DNA of 64,000 nucleotides from Candidatus Aminicenantes bacterium (GTDB taxonomy: Bacteria > Acidobacteriota > Aminicenantia > Aminicenantales > JAFGBC01), in contig OY969696.1 of the NCBI GenBank assembly GCA_963702005.1, forward strand, positions 1,728,001 through 1,792,000. The letters are read 5' to 3'. Of this stretch, positions 17,835 through 26,915 are shown one piece after another. The position numbers were made by a program, and so were the translations under genes. The notes under the pieces were generated by a model, which did not search any database, had not been told where the DNA came from, and was given only the letters and a program-made list of their open reading frames with translations. Numbering within the stretch: position 1 is the stretch's first letter; the number at the start of each line of letters is the position of its first letter.

Positions 17835-20800
17835 ATGCACATGAGCCGAAAACACCTTTGGATGACATGCATCCTCGCCGTCCTGATGATCGTCGGAAAC
17901 GTCGCCCTGGCGCGCGGCCAGTCCATCCTCGAAGGGAAAATATCGGGCACGATCGTCGACGACAGGGGAGAGGCCCTCCCCGGCGTCGCCGTCGAGGCCA
18001 CCAGCCCGGCCCTCATCTCGGGGAAGCGGGCGGCCGTAACGTCGGGCAAGGGCACCTACGTCTTTTTAAATCTGCCCGTCGGAATCTATAAGCTCAGCGC
18101 GTCCTTAACGGGTTTCAAGACGATCATCCAGACGGACATCTCGATCTCGGCCGCGAGCAGCATCGTCGTTAACCTGACTCTCCCGATGGGCAACATCGAG
18201 GAGAGCATCACGGTGACCGCGGCCTCGCCGATCGTCGACGCCAAGACCTCGACGATCGACTCCAAGCTCGAGCGGCAGATGCTCGACAAACTGCCGACCA
18301 GCCGGGACGCCTTTTACGACCTGTCCTTGACGACGCCGGGCATGTTCGACCACGGCAGCAACGGCGGCTGGCTGCCCAGCCCGACGGCTTACGGCGGCGC
18401 CTCGAACGAGAACGTCTTTCTCGTCAACGGCGTCAACGCGACCAACCCGCGCGGGGCGTCCTTCGGAACGCTGGTCCGGGTCAACTACAACGCCGTCGAG
18501 GAAGTCCGGATCGTAGCCCTGGGCTCCAAGGCCGAATACGGGTCTTACTCGGGCGCGGCCATCGACGTCCTGACCAAGTCCGGGAGCAACGCCTTCCACG
18601 GCACGGCGGCCGTCTATTTCGAGCCCGTCAAGTGGCGGACGAGCAACCAACCGAAGAGCGAAACCAAGTACGGGACGGACTGGATCTACATCGCTCCCGA
18701 CGTCACCCTCTACGGCGGACCGCCCAAGAAGGACTACGAGCTGAACTTAACGGGCGGCGGACCGATCATCAAGGACCGCATCTGGTTCTACGGCGGGTTC
18801 GACTATCTCTACAACGCCGGAAAGCGCCCGCGTTGGGACGTCCTGGCCGAATCCTGGGGCCGCTACGGAGACATCAAGATCTCGGCCGAGCCCCTGACCA
18901 ATCACCGGGCCTGGGCTTCCTACCATTACGAGAGCAACGATTATACGGGCGGGAGCTGGGGCAGCCAGCCCGAGTGGGACACGACCGCGACCTACGGCGT
19001 CGCCAGTATCGACCATTCCGTGTCCGCCCAGTGGCAATGGCTCCCCAGCAGCACGACCATCCTGACGGCCAAGTATCTGGGGTTCTGGACGAACGACACC
19101 CCCCATGTCCCCAGCGACGCCCCGGACCATCCTTGTTACATCAACTGGTGGAAGTGGGCTCAGTACGGCATCAACGGCGCCTTCCCCTACATCGAGGGTT
19201 GGCACTCGAACCGCCAGACCATCCAGGCCGACCTGTCCCATTACGCCGAGGACTTCCTGGGCGAGCACGACATCAAGCTCGGCGCCCAGTTCACCCGGGG
19301 CCGCAGCAATTCCCTGGGCGGCTACTTCCAGAACTACGTCAACTTCCTGTATCCCTACCGCTGGACCCAGAACGTCGGCTACATGCAGAGCTGGTATGGG
19401 GACACCGGCCTCATCTTCTACAACCTCCACGACTCGATCAACCCCTTCATGACGGTCGGGACGGCCAACTCGCTGGGCTTCTTCTTCGACGACCAGTGGT
19501 CGCCGACGAAAAGGCTGACGGTCAACATCGGCCTCCGCTATGACCGGTTGACGGCGAAGTACGGGCAGGGGTATGAATATGATCCTCTGACCAAGCCGAC
19601 CGACATCGGCAACCCGACCGTATTCCGCACGCGGCAGGGATCGGGCTACATCTTCGACTTCAAGACGTTCTCGCCGCGGATCGGGCTGACCTACAGCCTG
19701 ACCAAGGACGGGAAGACGGTCGCCCGGGTCAGCTATGGCCGCTACTACCTGCCGCTGACGGTCGAGTACCTGAGACGGTACGGCCCCGACTGCCCGCTGG
19801 TGACCCGGCAGATGCAGTTCTTCAGCATCCCCTGGAACTACGCCGACGCCAACGGCGACGGCGAGATCGATACGGTAGAAACGAGGAACGCGGCCCGGCG
19901 CGTCTACGGCATGACCCCCTACAAGGTCACCGACTACGCGCCGCAAGACTTTTTCTCCTGGAAGCTCAACGTCGCCAAGGGCCTCAAAGATCAGTACACG
20001 GACCAGTTCACGATCAACTTCGAGCGGGAGGTCCTCAAGGACTTCTCGGTCAGCGCCTCCTGGATCTACAAGTATGCGGGCAATATCTTCGCCAACGTGC
20101 CGATCAACGCCCACACCGGCGAGCCCTGGGCCTACGACCGCATCCCGTTCACGACTTCGAGCGGCCAAGTCGTCAATCTCTACAGCATCAAGTGGCTGGA
20201 TTATAACGGGGACGGCGTCATCGACGGCGGGGACGTCCACTGGCTCGGCCAGGCCGGGAACTCGACCTTCCAGGTCCGGAACATGGACGAGTTCGACGGC
20301 CAGAAGGCCAAGCGGGTATACATGGGCTACCAGCTCGTCTTCAACAAGCGCTACTCCAACCGCTGGCAGCTGCTGGGCTCCGTCCTCTTTTCGCACTCGG
20401 AAGGCATGGCCAACCGGATCTTCGGCAACGACATGAACGCCGAGGGCCCGATGTTCACCGACAACACCTGGATGGGTTCGCTCAACTACACGATCAATAA
20501 CATGACCGGTCCCCTGCCCTTCGTGCCCAAGTTCGAATTCAAGCTGTCCGGTTCCTACACGATTCCCTACATCGAGCTCGACCTGGGCGCCCGCTTCCGG
20601 CTCCATACGGGCCGTCCCATTTGGACGCTCGAGGATATCCCGGTCCACTCGGAGTGGGGGAATCCGGAGGGCGGCGTCGTCAGTGGCGGCGTCGGCTCCA
20701 TCGTCACGAGCGACAAGCCCAAGTACCTCCCGACCCAGACCATCCTCGACCTGAGGGCCGAGAAGTCGATCAAGCTCTCCAGCTACGGCACCCTGTCCGT

Positions 20801-20930
20801 CATCCTCGACGCCTTCAACGTCTTCAACTCCAACACGCCCACCTCGATCGACAACCAGTACTCGTACGGCCGGGTCGGGTCGATCGTCGAACCCCGGACC
20901 TTCCGCTTCAGCTTCATGTACCAGTTCTAA
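17835..20930 (+). CDS. TonB-dependent receptor (Oar-like, N-terminal carboxypeptidase-regulatory domain), copy 1
   Basis: Signal peptide; LPTSRD, NVFLVNG, AEYG..SGA.I.V.TKSGSN plug motifs; GGPIIKDRIWF; C-terminal PRTFRFSFMYQF. Confidence 0.92.
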   Translation: MHMSRKHLWMTCILAVLMIVGNVALARGQSILEGKISGTIVDDRGEALPGVAVEATSPALISGKRAAVTSGKGTYVFLNLPVGIYKLSASLTGFKTIIQTDISISAASSIVVNLTLPMGNIEESITVTAASPIVDAKTSTIDSKLERQMLDKLPTSRDAFYDLSLTTPGMFDHGSNGGWLPSPTAYGGASNENVFLVNGVNATNPRGASFGTLVRVNYNAVEEVRIVALGSKAEYGSYSGAAIDVLTKSGSNAFHGTAAVYFEPVKWRTSNQPKSETKYGTDWIYIAPDVTLYGGPPKKDYELNLTGGGPIIKDRIWFYGGFDYLYNAGKRPRWDVLAESWGRYGDIKISAEPLTNHRAWASYHYESNDYTGGSWGSQPEWDTTATYGVASIDHSVSAQWQWLPSSTTILTAKYLGFWTNDTPHVPSDAPDHPCYINWWKWAQYGINGAFPYIEGWHSNRQTIQADLSHYAEDFLGEHDIKLGAQFTRGRSNSLGGYFQNYVNFLYPYRWTQNVGYMQSWYGDTGLIFYNLHDSINPFMTVGTANSLGFFFDDQWSPTKRLTVNIGLRYDRLTAKYGQGYEYDPLTKPTDIGNPTVFRTRQGSGYIFDFKTFSPRIGLTYSLTKDGKTVARVSYGRYYLPLTVEYLRRYGPDCPLVTRQMQFFSIPWNYADANGDGEIDTVETRNAARRVYGMTPYKVTDYAPQDFFSWKLNVAKGLKDQYTDQFTINFEREVLKDFSVSASWIYKYAGNIFANVPINAHTGEPWAYDRIPFTTSSGQVVNLYSIKWLDYNGDGVIDGGDVHWLGQAGNSTFQVRNMDEFDGQKAKRVYMGYQLVFNKRYSNRWQLLGSVLFSHSEGMANRIFGNDMNAEGPMFTDNTWMGSLNYTINNMTGPLPFVPKFEFKLSGSYTIPYIELDLGARFRLHTGRPIWTLEDIPVHSEWGNPEGGVVSGGVGSIVTSDKPKYLPTQTILDLRAEKSIKLSSYGTLSVILDAFNVFNSNTPTSIDNQYSYGRVGSIVEPRTFRFSFMYQF

Positions 20931-20957
20931 AAGCCGTTCAACCTGACGCAGCGAGTC

Positions 20958-20990
20958 AGCCCGGAGGGCTTCGGCCCTCCGGGCTTTTTC
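20958..20990 (+). terminator. Intrinsic terminator after receptor 1
   Basis: AGCCCGGAGGG-CTTCGG-CCCTCCGGGCT followed by TTTT. Confidence 0.85.
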
Positions 20991-21015
20991 GGGCCGTGCG
21001 GAGATTGTCCGCACG

Positions 21016-21057
21016 GCCCGTCCCGTTCCTCTCCTGATGGGGGAGAGGAATGGGATA
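21016..21057. repeat. Hairpin repeat downstream of receptor 1 (second copy at 24728-24768)
   Basis: GCCCGTCCCGTTCCTCTCC-TGATG-GGGAGAGGAATGGGA, nearly identical to the sequence after receptor 2. Confidence 0.75.
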
Positions 21058-21096
21058 TCGTAGTCGAAGTCCAGCCCGCATTGGTCCAATTTTTTC

Positions 21097-21153
21097 TTGA
21101 CATGAAGAGAATTTAATGATAACTAAAATTTGTAAGTTTAATAAACTTACAAA
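21097..21153 (+). promoter_or_regulatory. Duplicated promoter and operator (copy 2)
   Basis: TTGACA 21097-21102; TAAAAT 21124-21129; palindrome TTTGTAAGTTTA-A-TAAACTTACAAA at 21129-21153, identical to the core of copy 1. Confidence 0.85.
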
Positions 21154-21175
21154 GCTTGGGGAATATAGAACTTCT

Positions 21176-21325
21176 ATCAAAAAAGCAAATTCTCTGCAAG
21201 CCAAAGTTCACAACAGACCTCTAATTCCAAAGACTGTCTATAAAAATGATTTAATCAGCAGGGCGAATATTACCCGAACAACCGGCTTAACTCGCGCTCC
21301 TTTTTCGGATTCCATCAATGAATGA
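21176..21325 (+). pseudogene. Remnant of the ROK repressor HTH (degenerate duplicate)
   Basis: IKKANSLQAKVHNRPLIPKTVYKNDLISRANITRTTGLTRAPFSDSINE* aligns residue by residue with the HTH at 16444-16590, with helix-breaking prolines and an early stop. Confidence 0.85.
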
Positions 21326-21438
21326 AAGAAGGAGGTGAGAATCGAAGCGGTGACACAATGAACAAAAGGATCACGGTGTTTCTTCCGGCCAGACCGGAAG
21401 AAATTGGGTTTGGGGAAAAACAAATCAGGAGAAATGAA

Positions 21439-24400
21439 ATGCAAAAAACCCAAAAAAGGATCTGGCTGGGCGGCCTCCTCGCAGTCCTGATGGTTATCGG
21501 AAGCGTCGCCCCGGCGATCGGCCAATCCATCCTCGACGGGAAGATGACCGGAACCATCGTCGACGACCAGGGAGAGCCCCTTCCCGGCGTGAGCGTTGAA
21601 GTTTCGAGCCCGGCCCTCATCTCCGCGAAGCGCGCGACCCTGACGACGTCCAAGGGGACTTACGTCTTTCTCAACTTGCCCGTCGGGATCTACAAGATCA
21701 CCGCTTCGCTCACGAGTTTCAAGACGACCGTCGAGGAGGGTATTTCGATTTCGGCGGGAAGCTCGCTGGTGGTCAACTTGGCCCTGCCGATGGGGAGGAT
21801 CGACGAGACGGTAACCGTAACCGGCCTGGCGCCGGTGGTCGATGCTAAAACCTCATCCATCGACGCCAAGATCAACAGCGAGATGCTGGACAAGCTGCCC
21901 ACCAGCCGCGATTCATTCTATGACCTATCGCTCTCGACACCGGGCATGTTCGACGTGGGCAAGAACGTCATGGGGAGCCCCACCGCGTACGGGGGGTCCA
22001 CGCAGGAAAATATCTTTCTGGTGAACGGCGTGGACACCACCAACCCCCGCGGCGCCGCCTGGGGTTCCATGATCAATGTCAACTACAACACCGTCGAGGA
22101 GGTCCGCGTCATCTCTCTGGGCAGCAAGGCGGAATACGGCAATTTCTCGGGAGCGGCCATCGATGTCGTCACCCGGTCCGGCTCCGACGAACTGCGGGGC
22201 TCTCTGGGTCTCTACAGCCAGCTGGGCACCCCGAATCCCGCAGCGCCGAAGGCCGACCAGTTGGGCCGCCATTGGCTGTTTCTCCAGCCGGGAGACGATT
22301 ATAGGGCCTACCCCAAGTCGAACCTGGAATTGGCCCTGACCGTCGGCGGCCCCCTCATTTCCAAAAAACTGTGGTTCTACGCGGCCGGCAACATCTTGAA
22401 CAGCCAGGACAAACAACTCAATTGGGACCCCATCGTTAAGTCCATCGGACGGTATGCCGATGTCAAGATCACCGGCGCGCCCCTGAACAACCACTATGCC
22501 TGGGTGTCCTATCACTACGAGAACAACCGCAGTGAAGGCTTTACCGACGGATCCATAAATTGGGACCCCTCATTGGCCTATAAAAGCTATACACAGAGCC
22601 ATTCCGTCTCCTCCCAGTGGCAATGGTTCCCCGGTCCCGCCACCTTCCTTTCGCTGAAGTTCCTGGGGTTCTTGGTCGACGAGAGACCCGACCTGCCCGA
22701 TAACGCTCCCGACCACGGCGGATACATCAATTGGTGGAAAGCCGTGCCCTTCGACATGGGCGTCGGCGGCGCTTTCCCCGGCTTTAACGGCAGTCTGACC
22801 AGCCGCATGACCATCCAGGCCGACGTGTCGCACTATGCCGAGAACTTCCTGGGCGAGCACGACATCAAGTTCGGCGTCCAGTACACCCGCGGCCGCCTCA
22901 AGAGCACCACCGGAGATTTCTTCGGGAAACAGCTCACCGATCCGCGAACCGGGCAAGACCTCGGCTTTTTAGGATTTTACAATACCGCCTACATTTACCC
23001 CTGGACCTATAACATACAGGAAATCAAGGACAATTACGCTTACGGCAACACCGGTCTGATCATGTATGTCGACCGGAGCTATGAAAAACCCCATAGCACG
23101 CTCCGCACGGCCGACTCCCTCGGCTTCTTTTTCGACGATCAGTGGACCGTCGGCAAACGGCTGACCTTCAACCTCGGCCTGCGCCACGACTATATGACCG
23201 CCAAATTCGGCACGGGGCAGATGCTGGAGCAGCCGGCCACACCCCAAGGCTTCCGCAATGGACTCAATGTCCTCCGCGACCGCAAGGGTTCCGGCAACCT
23301 TTTCAACTTCAAGAACTGGTCGCCGCGCGTCGGCCTGACCTACCAATTGGCCAGCGACCCTAATACCGTCCTGCGCGCCAGTTTCGGGCGGTATTACACT
23401 CCGATGGGCGTTGAAAGCTTCGGGTCGGGCGGCCCTGATCTTGATCGAACCTATAGCGAAACGCTGTACTACCTCATCCCCTGGGACAACCTTGACCTGA
23501 ACGGTGACGGCGTCCTTTTCGGCGACGATGTCGCCGAAGCCACACGGAGGATATGGGGATTGGACCCCATCAACAGCGGCGACTTTGCGAACATATTCCG
23601 GAGCCGAGATCCTTCCTGGGGCCTGAAAATCCACCCCGGCCTGAAAAACCAGCATACCGACCAGTACACGTTCAGCCTGGAACGCGAGATCATCCGGAAC
23701 TTCTCCGTGGCCCTCACCTATATCCACCGCAACACCAGAGACATGATCGTGCAATGGCCCCTGAATCAAGTGACCCAGCAGCCCTGGGATTACGAGCGCA
23801 AGACTCAGACCATCAACGGCCGGGAGATCTCCCTCTACAGTATCGTCCTGAAGGATTACGACGGCAACGGCGTCATCGACGGTAAAGATATCCAGTGGAT
23901 CGGGGACCACTCGGACCATGAGTGGCGCAATATGCCCGACATGGACGGCAAAAAAGCGCAGCGCCTGTTCCAGGGCCTCCAGATGACGTTCACCAAGCGT
24001 TACTCCAACCGCTGGCAGTTGATGGGCTCCCTGCTCTATAACCACTCCTCCGGCATGGGGGCCCGCAATAAGCGCCAGGACCAGGACTACAACATGGAAG
24101 GCATGAACATCTGGAGCGACGCCTGGCTGGCCGGCCTCAACCAGACCGTCAACAACATGGAAGGTCCGCTGCCCTTTACCCCGCGCTTTGAATTCAAGGT
24201 CAGCGGCAACTACACCATCCCCAAGATCGAGGTCGACCTGGGCTTGCGCTTCCGCCTCCATACCGGCCGTCCCTGCTGGGTCCTCTCGGAAGTTCAACAG
24301 ATCAACCAGTGGAACTATGATCCGACCGATACCGAACTCATGGACCACGGCGTGATTCTCGAGGCCAGCGGGGGGATGCCCGGCCAGATCGTGTCCCAGG

Positions 24401-24648
24401 ACCCCAACAAGCCGCTTTACCTTTCGGCCCTGAAGATACTGGACCTGCGTCTTGAAAAAACCTTCAAGCTGGGGCGCGGCAACCTGCACGTCATGCTCGA
24501 CGGCTTCAACATCTTGGATTCCAAGGACGTGACCAACGCCATGGTCAAGAGAGTCGAAGTCGCGGGCATCATAGCCAGAGATGTCGGCCGCGTCGTGGGC
24601 TTGGTTACGCCCCGTTACTTCCGGCTGGGCCTCCTGTACGAATTCTAA
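21439..24648 (+). CDS. TonB-dependent receptor (Oar-like), copy 2
   Basis: Paralogue of 17835-20930 (GQSIL.GK..GTIVDD.GE.LPGV..., ADxSHYAExFLGEHDIK, KRYSNRWQL); C-terminal F; start ATG 21439 after CAGGAG. Confidence 0.92.
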   Translation: MQKTQKRIWLGGLLAVLMVIGSVAPAIGQSILDGKMTGTIVDDQGEPLPGVSVEVSSPALISAKRATLTTSKGTYVFLNLPVGIYKITASLTSFKTTVEEGISISAGSSLVVNLALPMGRIDETVTVTGLAPVVDAKTSSIDAKINSEMLDKLPTSRDSFYDLSLSTPGMFDVGKNVMGSPTAYGGSTQENIFLVNGVDTTNPRGAAWGSMINVNYNTVEEVRVISLGSKAEYGNFSGAAIDVVTRSGSDELRGSLGLYSQLGTPNPAAPKADQLGRHWLFLQPGDDYRAYPKSNLELALTVGGPLISKKLWFYAAGNILNSQDKQLNWDPIVKSIGRYADVKITGAPLNNHYAWVSYHYENNRSEGFTDGSINWDPSLAYKSYTQSHSVSSQWQWFPGPATFLSLKFLGFLVDERPDLPDNAPDHGGYINWWKAVPFDMGVGGAFPGFNGSLTSRMTIQADVSHYAENFLGEHDIKFGVQYTRGRLKSTTGDFFGKQLTDPRTGQDLGFLGFYNTAYIYPWTYNIQEIKDNYAYGNTGLIMYVDRSYEKPHSTLRTADSLGFFFDDQWTVGKRLTFNLGLRHDYMTAKFGTGQMLEQPATPQGFRNGLNVLRDRKGSGNLFNFKNWSPRVGLTYQLASDPNTVLRASFGRYYTPMGVESFGSGGPDLDRTYSETLYYLIPWDNLDLNGDGVLFGDDVAEATRRIWGLDPINSGDFANIFRSRDPSWGLKIHPGLKNQHTDQYTFSLEREIIRNFSVALTYIHRNTRDMIVQWPLNQVTQQPWDYERKTQTINGREISLYSIVLKDYDGNGVIDGKDIQWIGDHSDHEWRNMPDMDGKKAQRLFQGLQMTFTKRYSNRWQLMGSLLYNHSSGMGARNKRQDQDYNMEGMNIWSDAWLAGLNQTVNNMEGPLPFTPRFEFKVSGNYTIPKIEVDLGLRFRLHTGRPCWVLSEVQQINQWNYDPTDTELMDHGVILEASGGMPGQIVSQDPNKPLYLSALKILDLRLEKTFKLGRGNLHVMLDGFNILDSKDVTNAMVKRVEVAGIIARDVGRVVGLVTPRYFRLGLLYEF

Positions 24649-24663
24649 GTAAAGATACGCGGA

Positions 24664-24694
24664 GATAGGGAGAGTGCTCGGCACTCTCCCTATC
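24664..24694 (+). terminator. Strong hairpin after receptor 2 (terminator or stabiliser)
   Basis: GATAGGGAGAGTGC-TCG-GCACTCTCCCTATC; no clear U tract. Confidence 0.5.
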
Positions 24695-24727
24695 GGCCGT
24701 TCCGTCCGGAAGCCGGAGGAGATCCCT

Positions 24728-24768
24728 GCCCGTCCCGTTCCTCTCCCGATCGGGGAGAGGAACGGGGG
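24728..24768. repeat. Hairpin repeat downstream of receptor 2
   Basis: GCCCGTCCCGTTCCTCTCCC-GATC-GGGGAGAGGAACGGG, matching 21016-21057. Confidence 0.75.
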
Positions 24769-24814
24769 CATTGTCGGAGGGCGGAGAATCGGATAAAGTA
24801 GATCCCTGGAGTTT

Positions 24815-26869
24815 ATGATGATCAAGAAGCTCGCGGCTCTATTTCCGATCGTCCTTTTTGGGATCTCTCTGGCCGGCCAAGTCGCGGGGCCCGGCAAACT
24901 TCCGGACCGATACCGGGCCTGGCTCGACGAGGAGGTCGTCTACATCATTACGGCCAAGGAGAGGGACGTCTTCCTCCAGCTCCGGACGGACAAAGAGCGG
25001 GATATCTTCATCGAGGCCTTCTGGAACCAGCGGGACCCCTCGCCCGGGACGCCGCGCAACGAGTTCAAGGAAGAGCACTACCGCCGCCTCCAGTACGCCA
25101 CCAAGATGTTCGGCCGCAGTTCGCCCCTGCCGGGCTGGAGGTCCGACCGGGGGCGGATCTACATCGTCCTCGGCCCCCCCAAAAACATCGAGCAATTCAG
25201 CGACGTCAACAACGTCTACCCGGTCGAGATCTGGTTCTATCAGCCGGAGGAGGCCTCGGGCCTGCCGGTGGCCTTCAACGTCATCTTTTTCAAGCGCAAT
25301 GGAATCGGCGACTATGTCCTGTACTCGCCATCCCAGGACGGGCCGCGCAGCCTGGTCTCGACGGCCATGGGCGATTTTCGGGACGAAGAGGCCTACAAGG
25401 AGCTCCGCACGCTCGATCCCAACCTGGCTCCTCAGACGCTGTCTTTAATCCCCGGCGAACACCTGCCGGTCGGGACGCCGTCCCTGGCCTCGGAGACGCT
25501 GATAGCGAACATCTTCGCCTTGCCCCGGAAGAAGGTCAAGGACGCCTACGCCGGCGCCCTCCTCCGCTACAAGGATATCGTCGAGGTCGAATACACGGCC
25601 AACTATATCGGGTCGAACGCGTTCCTCTACGTCTCCCGGAGCGGCGACGGGACGTTCCTCGTCCATTATTCGATCGAGCCGGGCCGCTTGACACTGGCCT
25701 CCTTCCAGGGCCGGAGCGCGACCAGCATCGACCTCAACGGCCGGGTCACGGACAAGCAGGGCCGGACCGTCTACCAGTTCGAGAAGACCTTCCCGGTCGA
25801 CCTGGATGAAGCCGGGGTCGCCGAAATCCGGGCCACTTCGATCGAGTTCCAGGACGTCTTTCCCTGCGTCCCGGGCCGCTACGGTTTCGACCTCCTCCTC
25901 AAGAACACGGTCTCGAAGGAATTCAGTTCCTTCACGGCCGATCTCGACATCCCCGAGCCCCAGGCTGGACCGGCGCTGGGGAGCCTGTTCCTGGGGTACG
26001 GCGCCGATCCGGCTGCCGGCGGAAACGGCGAGGTCGTGCCCTTCCGAGTCGCCGGCCGCCAGCTTCTGGGCGACGTCCGCAAAGCGTTCCGGCCTTCGGA
26101 AAAGTTGGCCGTCGTCCTCCAGGCCTACGGGTTTCCTGCGGACTGGGCGAGCGGCGGCAAGCTCCGCTATGTCTATCTCAAGGAGGGAGCCGTTGTCCTG
26201 ACCCAGCTCCGGCCGCTCTCCGAGACCGGGGCCGCCGCGACATATGTCGAGGAGCAGCCTCTATCCGGATTCGCGCCCGGCTATTATGAGCTCAAGGTTT
26301 CGCTCCTGGACCCGTCCGGCGCCGAGGGGGCCGTCCGATCCGGGGCCTTCGAGGTCAGCCCGGCTCAGAGCTTACAGCGGCCGCGGATCATGGCCAAGGT
26401 CCTGGCCGCCGGCCATCCGGAGGAACAAGATTATGCTTTGGGCCTCCAGTGGTTGAGCTTGGGGAAGCTCGACGAGGCCAACAGCCTGTTGGGCCGGGCC
26501 TTCGAGAAGAAGCCTGAGAGCGACCGGTTCGCTCTGGGCTACGCCCAGTGTCTTTTCTTGTCGGGACAATATCAGAAGGCCAAGGACGCGCTTCAGCCTC
26601 TGGCTGGGCGGGAGGGCGTCGCGCCGGAGGTCTCGTCCTGGCTCGGACGCGCTTGTCATGCCTTGGGACAGTACCAGGAGGCGATCTCTTTCTATCAGGA
26701 TTACCTGAACAGGGCCGGGACGAGCGTCGAGATCCTCAACTTCATCGGCAGCTGCCACTTCCAGCTCGGGGAGCGCGATGAAGCTCTGGCCGCCTGGAAG
26801 AAATCGTTGGAGATCAGCCCCGGCCAGGATAAGCTCAAGGCCCTGGTCGAGTCCCTGGAGAAAAAATAG
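24815..26869 (+). CDS. GWxTD-domain protein with C-terminal TPRs
   Basis: WLDEEVVYIIT..ER..F, FIEAFW..RDP.P.T..NEFKEEHYRR, PGWRSDRGRIYI.LGPP, EIWFY; TPR tail; signal peptide. Confidence 0.88.
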   Translation: MMIKKLAALFPIVLFGISLAGQVAGPGKLPDRYRAWLDEEVVYIITAKERDVFLQLRTDKERDIFIEAFWNQRDPSPGTPRNEFKEEHYRRLQYATKMFGRSSPLPGWRSDRGRIYIVLGPPKNIEQFSDVNNVYPVEIWFYQPEEASGLPVAFNVIFFKRNGIGDYVLYSPSQDGPRSLVSTAMGDFRDEEAYKELRTLDPNLAPQTLSLIPGEHLPVGTPSLASETLIANIFALPRKKVKDAYAGALLRYKDIVEVEYTANYIGSNAFLYVSRSGDGTFLVHYSIEPGRLTLASFQGRSATSIDLNGRVTDKQGRTVYQFEKTFPVDLDEAGVAEIRATSIEFQDVFPCVPGRYGFDLLLKNTVSKEFSSFTADLDIPEPQAGPALGSLFLGYGADPAAGGNGEVVPFRVAGRQLLGDVRKAFRPSEKLAVVLQAYGFPADWASGGKLRYVYLKEGAVVLTQLRPLSETGAAATYVEEQPLSGFAPGYYELKVSLLDPSGAEGAVRSGAFEVSPAQSLQRPRIMAKVLAAGHPEEQDYALGLQWLSLGKLDEANSLLGRAFEKKPESDRFALGYAQCLFLSGQYQKAKDALQPLAGREGVAPEVSSWLGRACHALGQYQEAISFYQDYLNRAGTSVEILNFIGSCHFQLGERDEALAAWKKSLEISPGQDKLKALVESLEKK

Positions 26870-26915
26870 GGAGCTCGGACCAGACCATTCGAGGGCACGC
26901 TGCGATTTCCCCAGG

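Noticed and set aside
21116-21325. 69-aa ORF as a functional small protein
   Set aside because: Its start runs through the promoter/operator and the remainder is the decayed HTH duplicate.
21322-21438. 39-aa N-terminal extension of receptor 2
   Set aside because: The signal peptide and RBS fit ATG 21439, and the extension is not conserved in frame with receptor 1.
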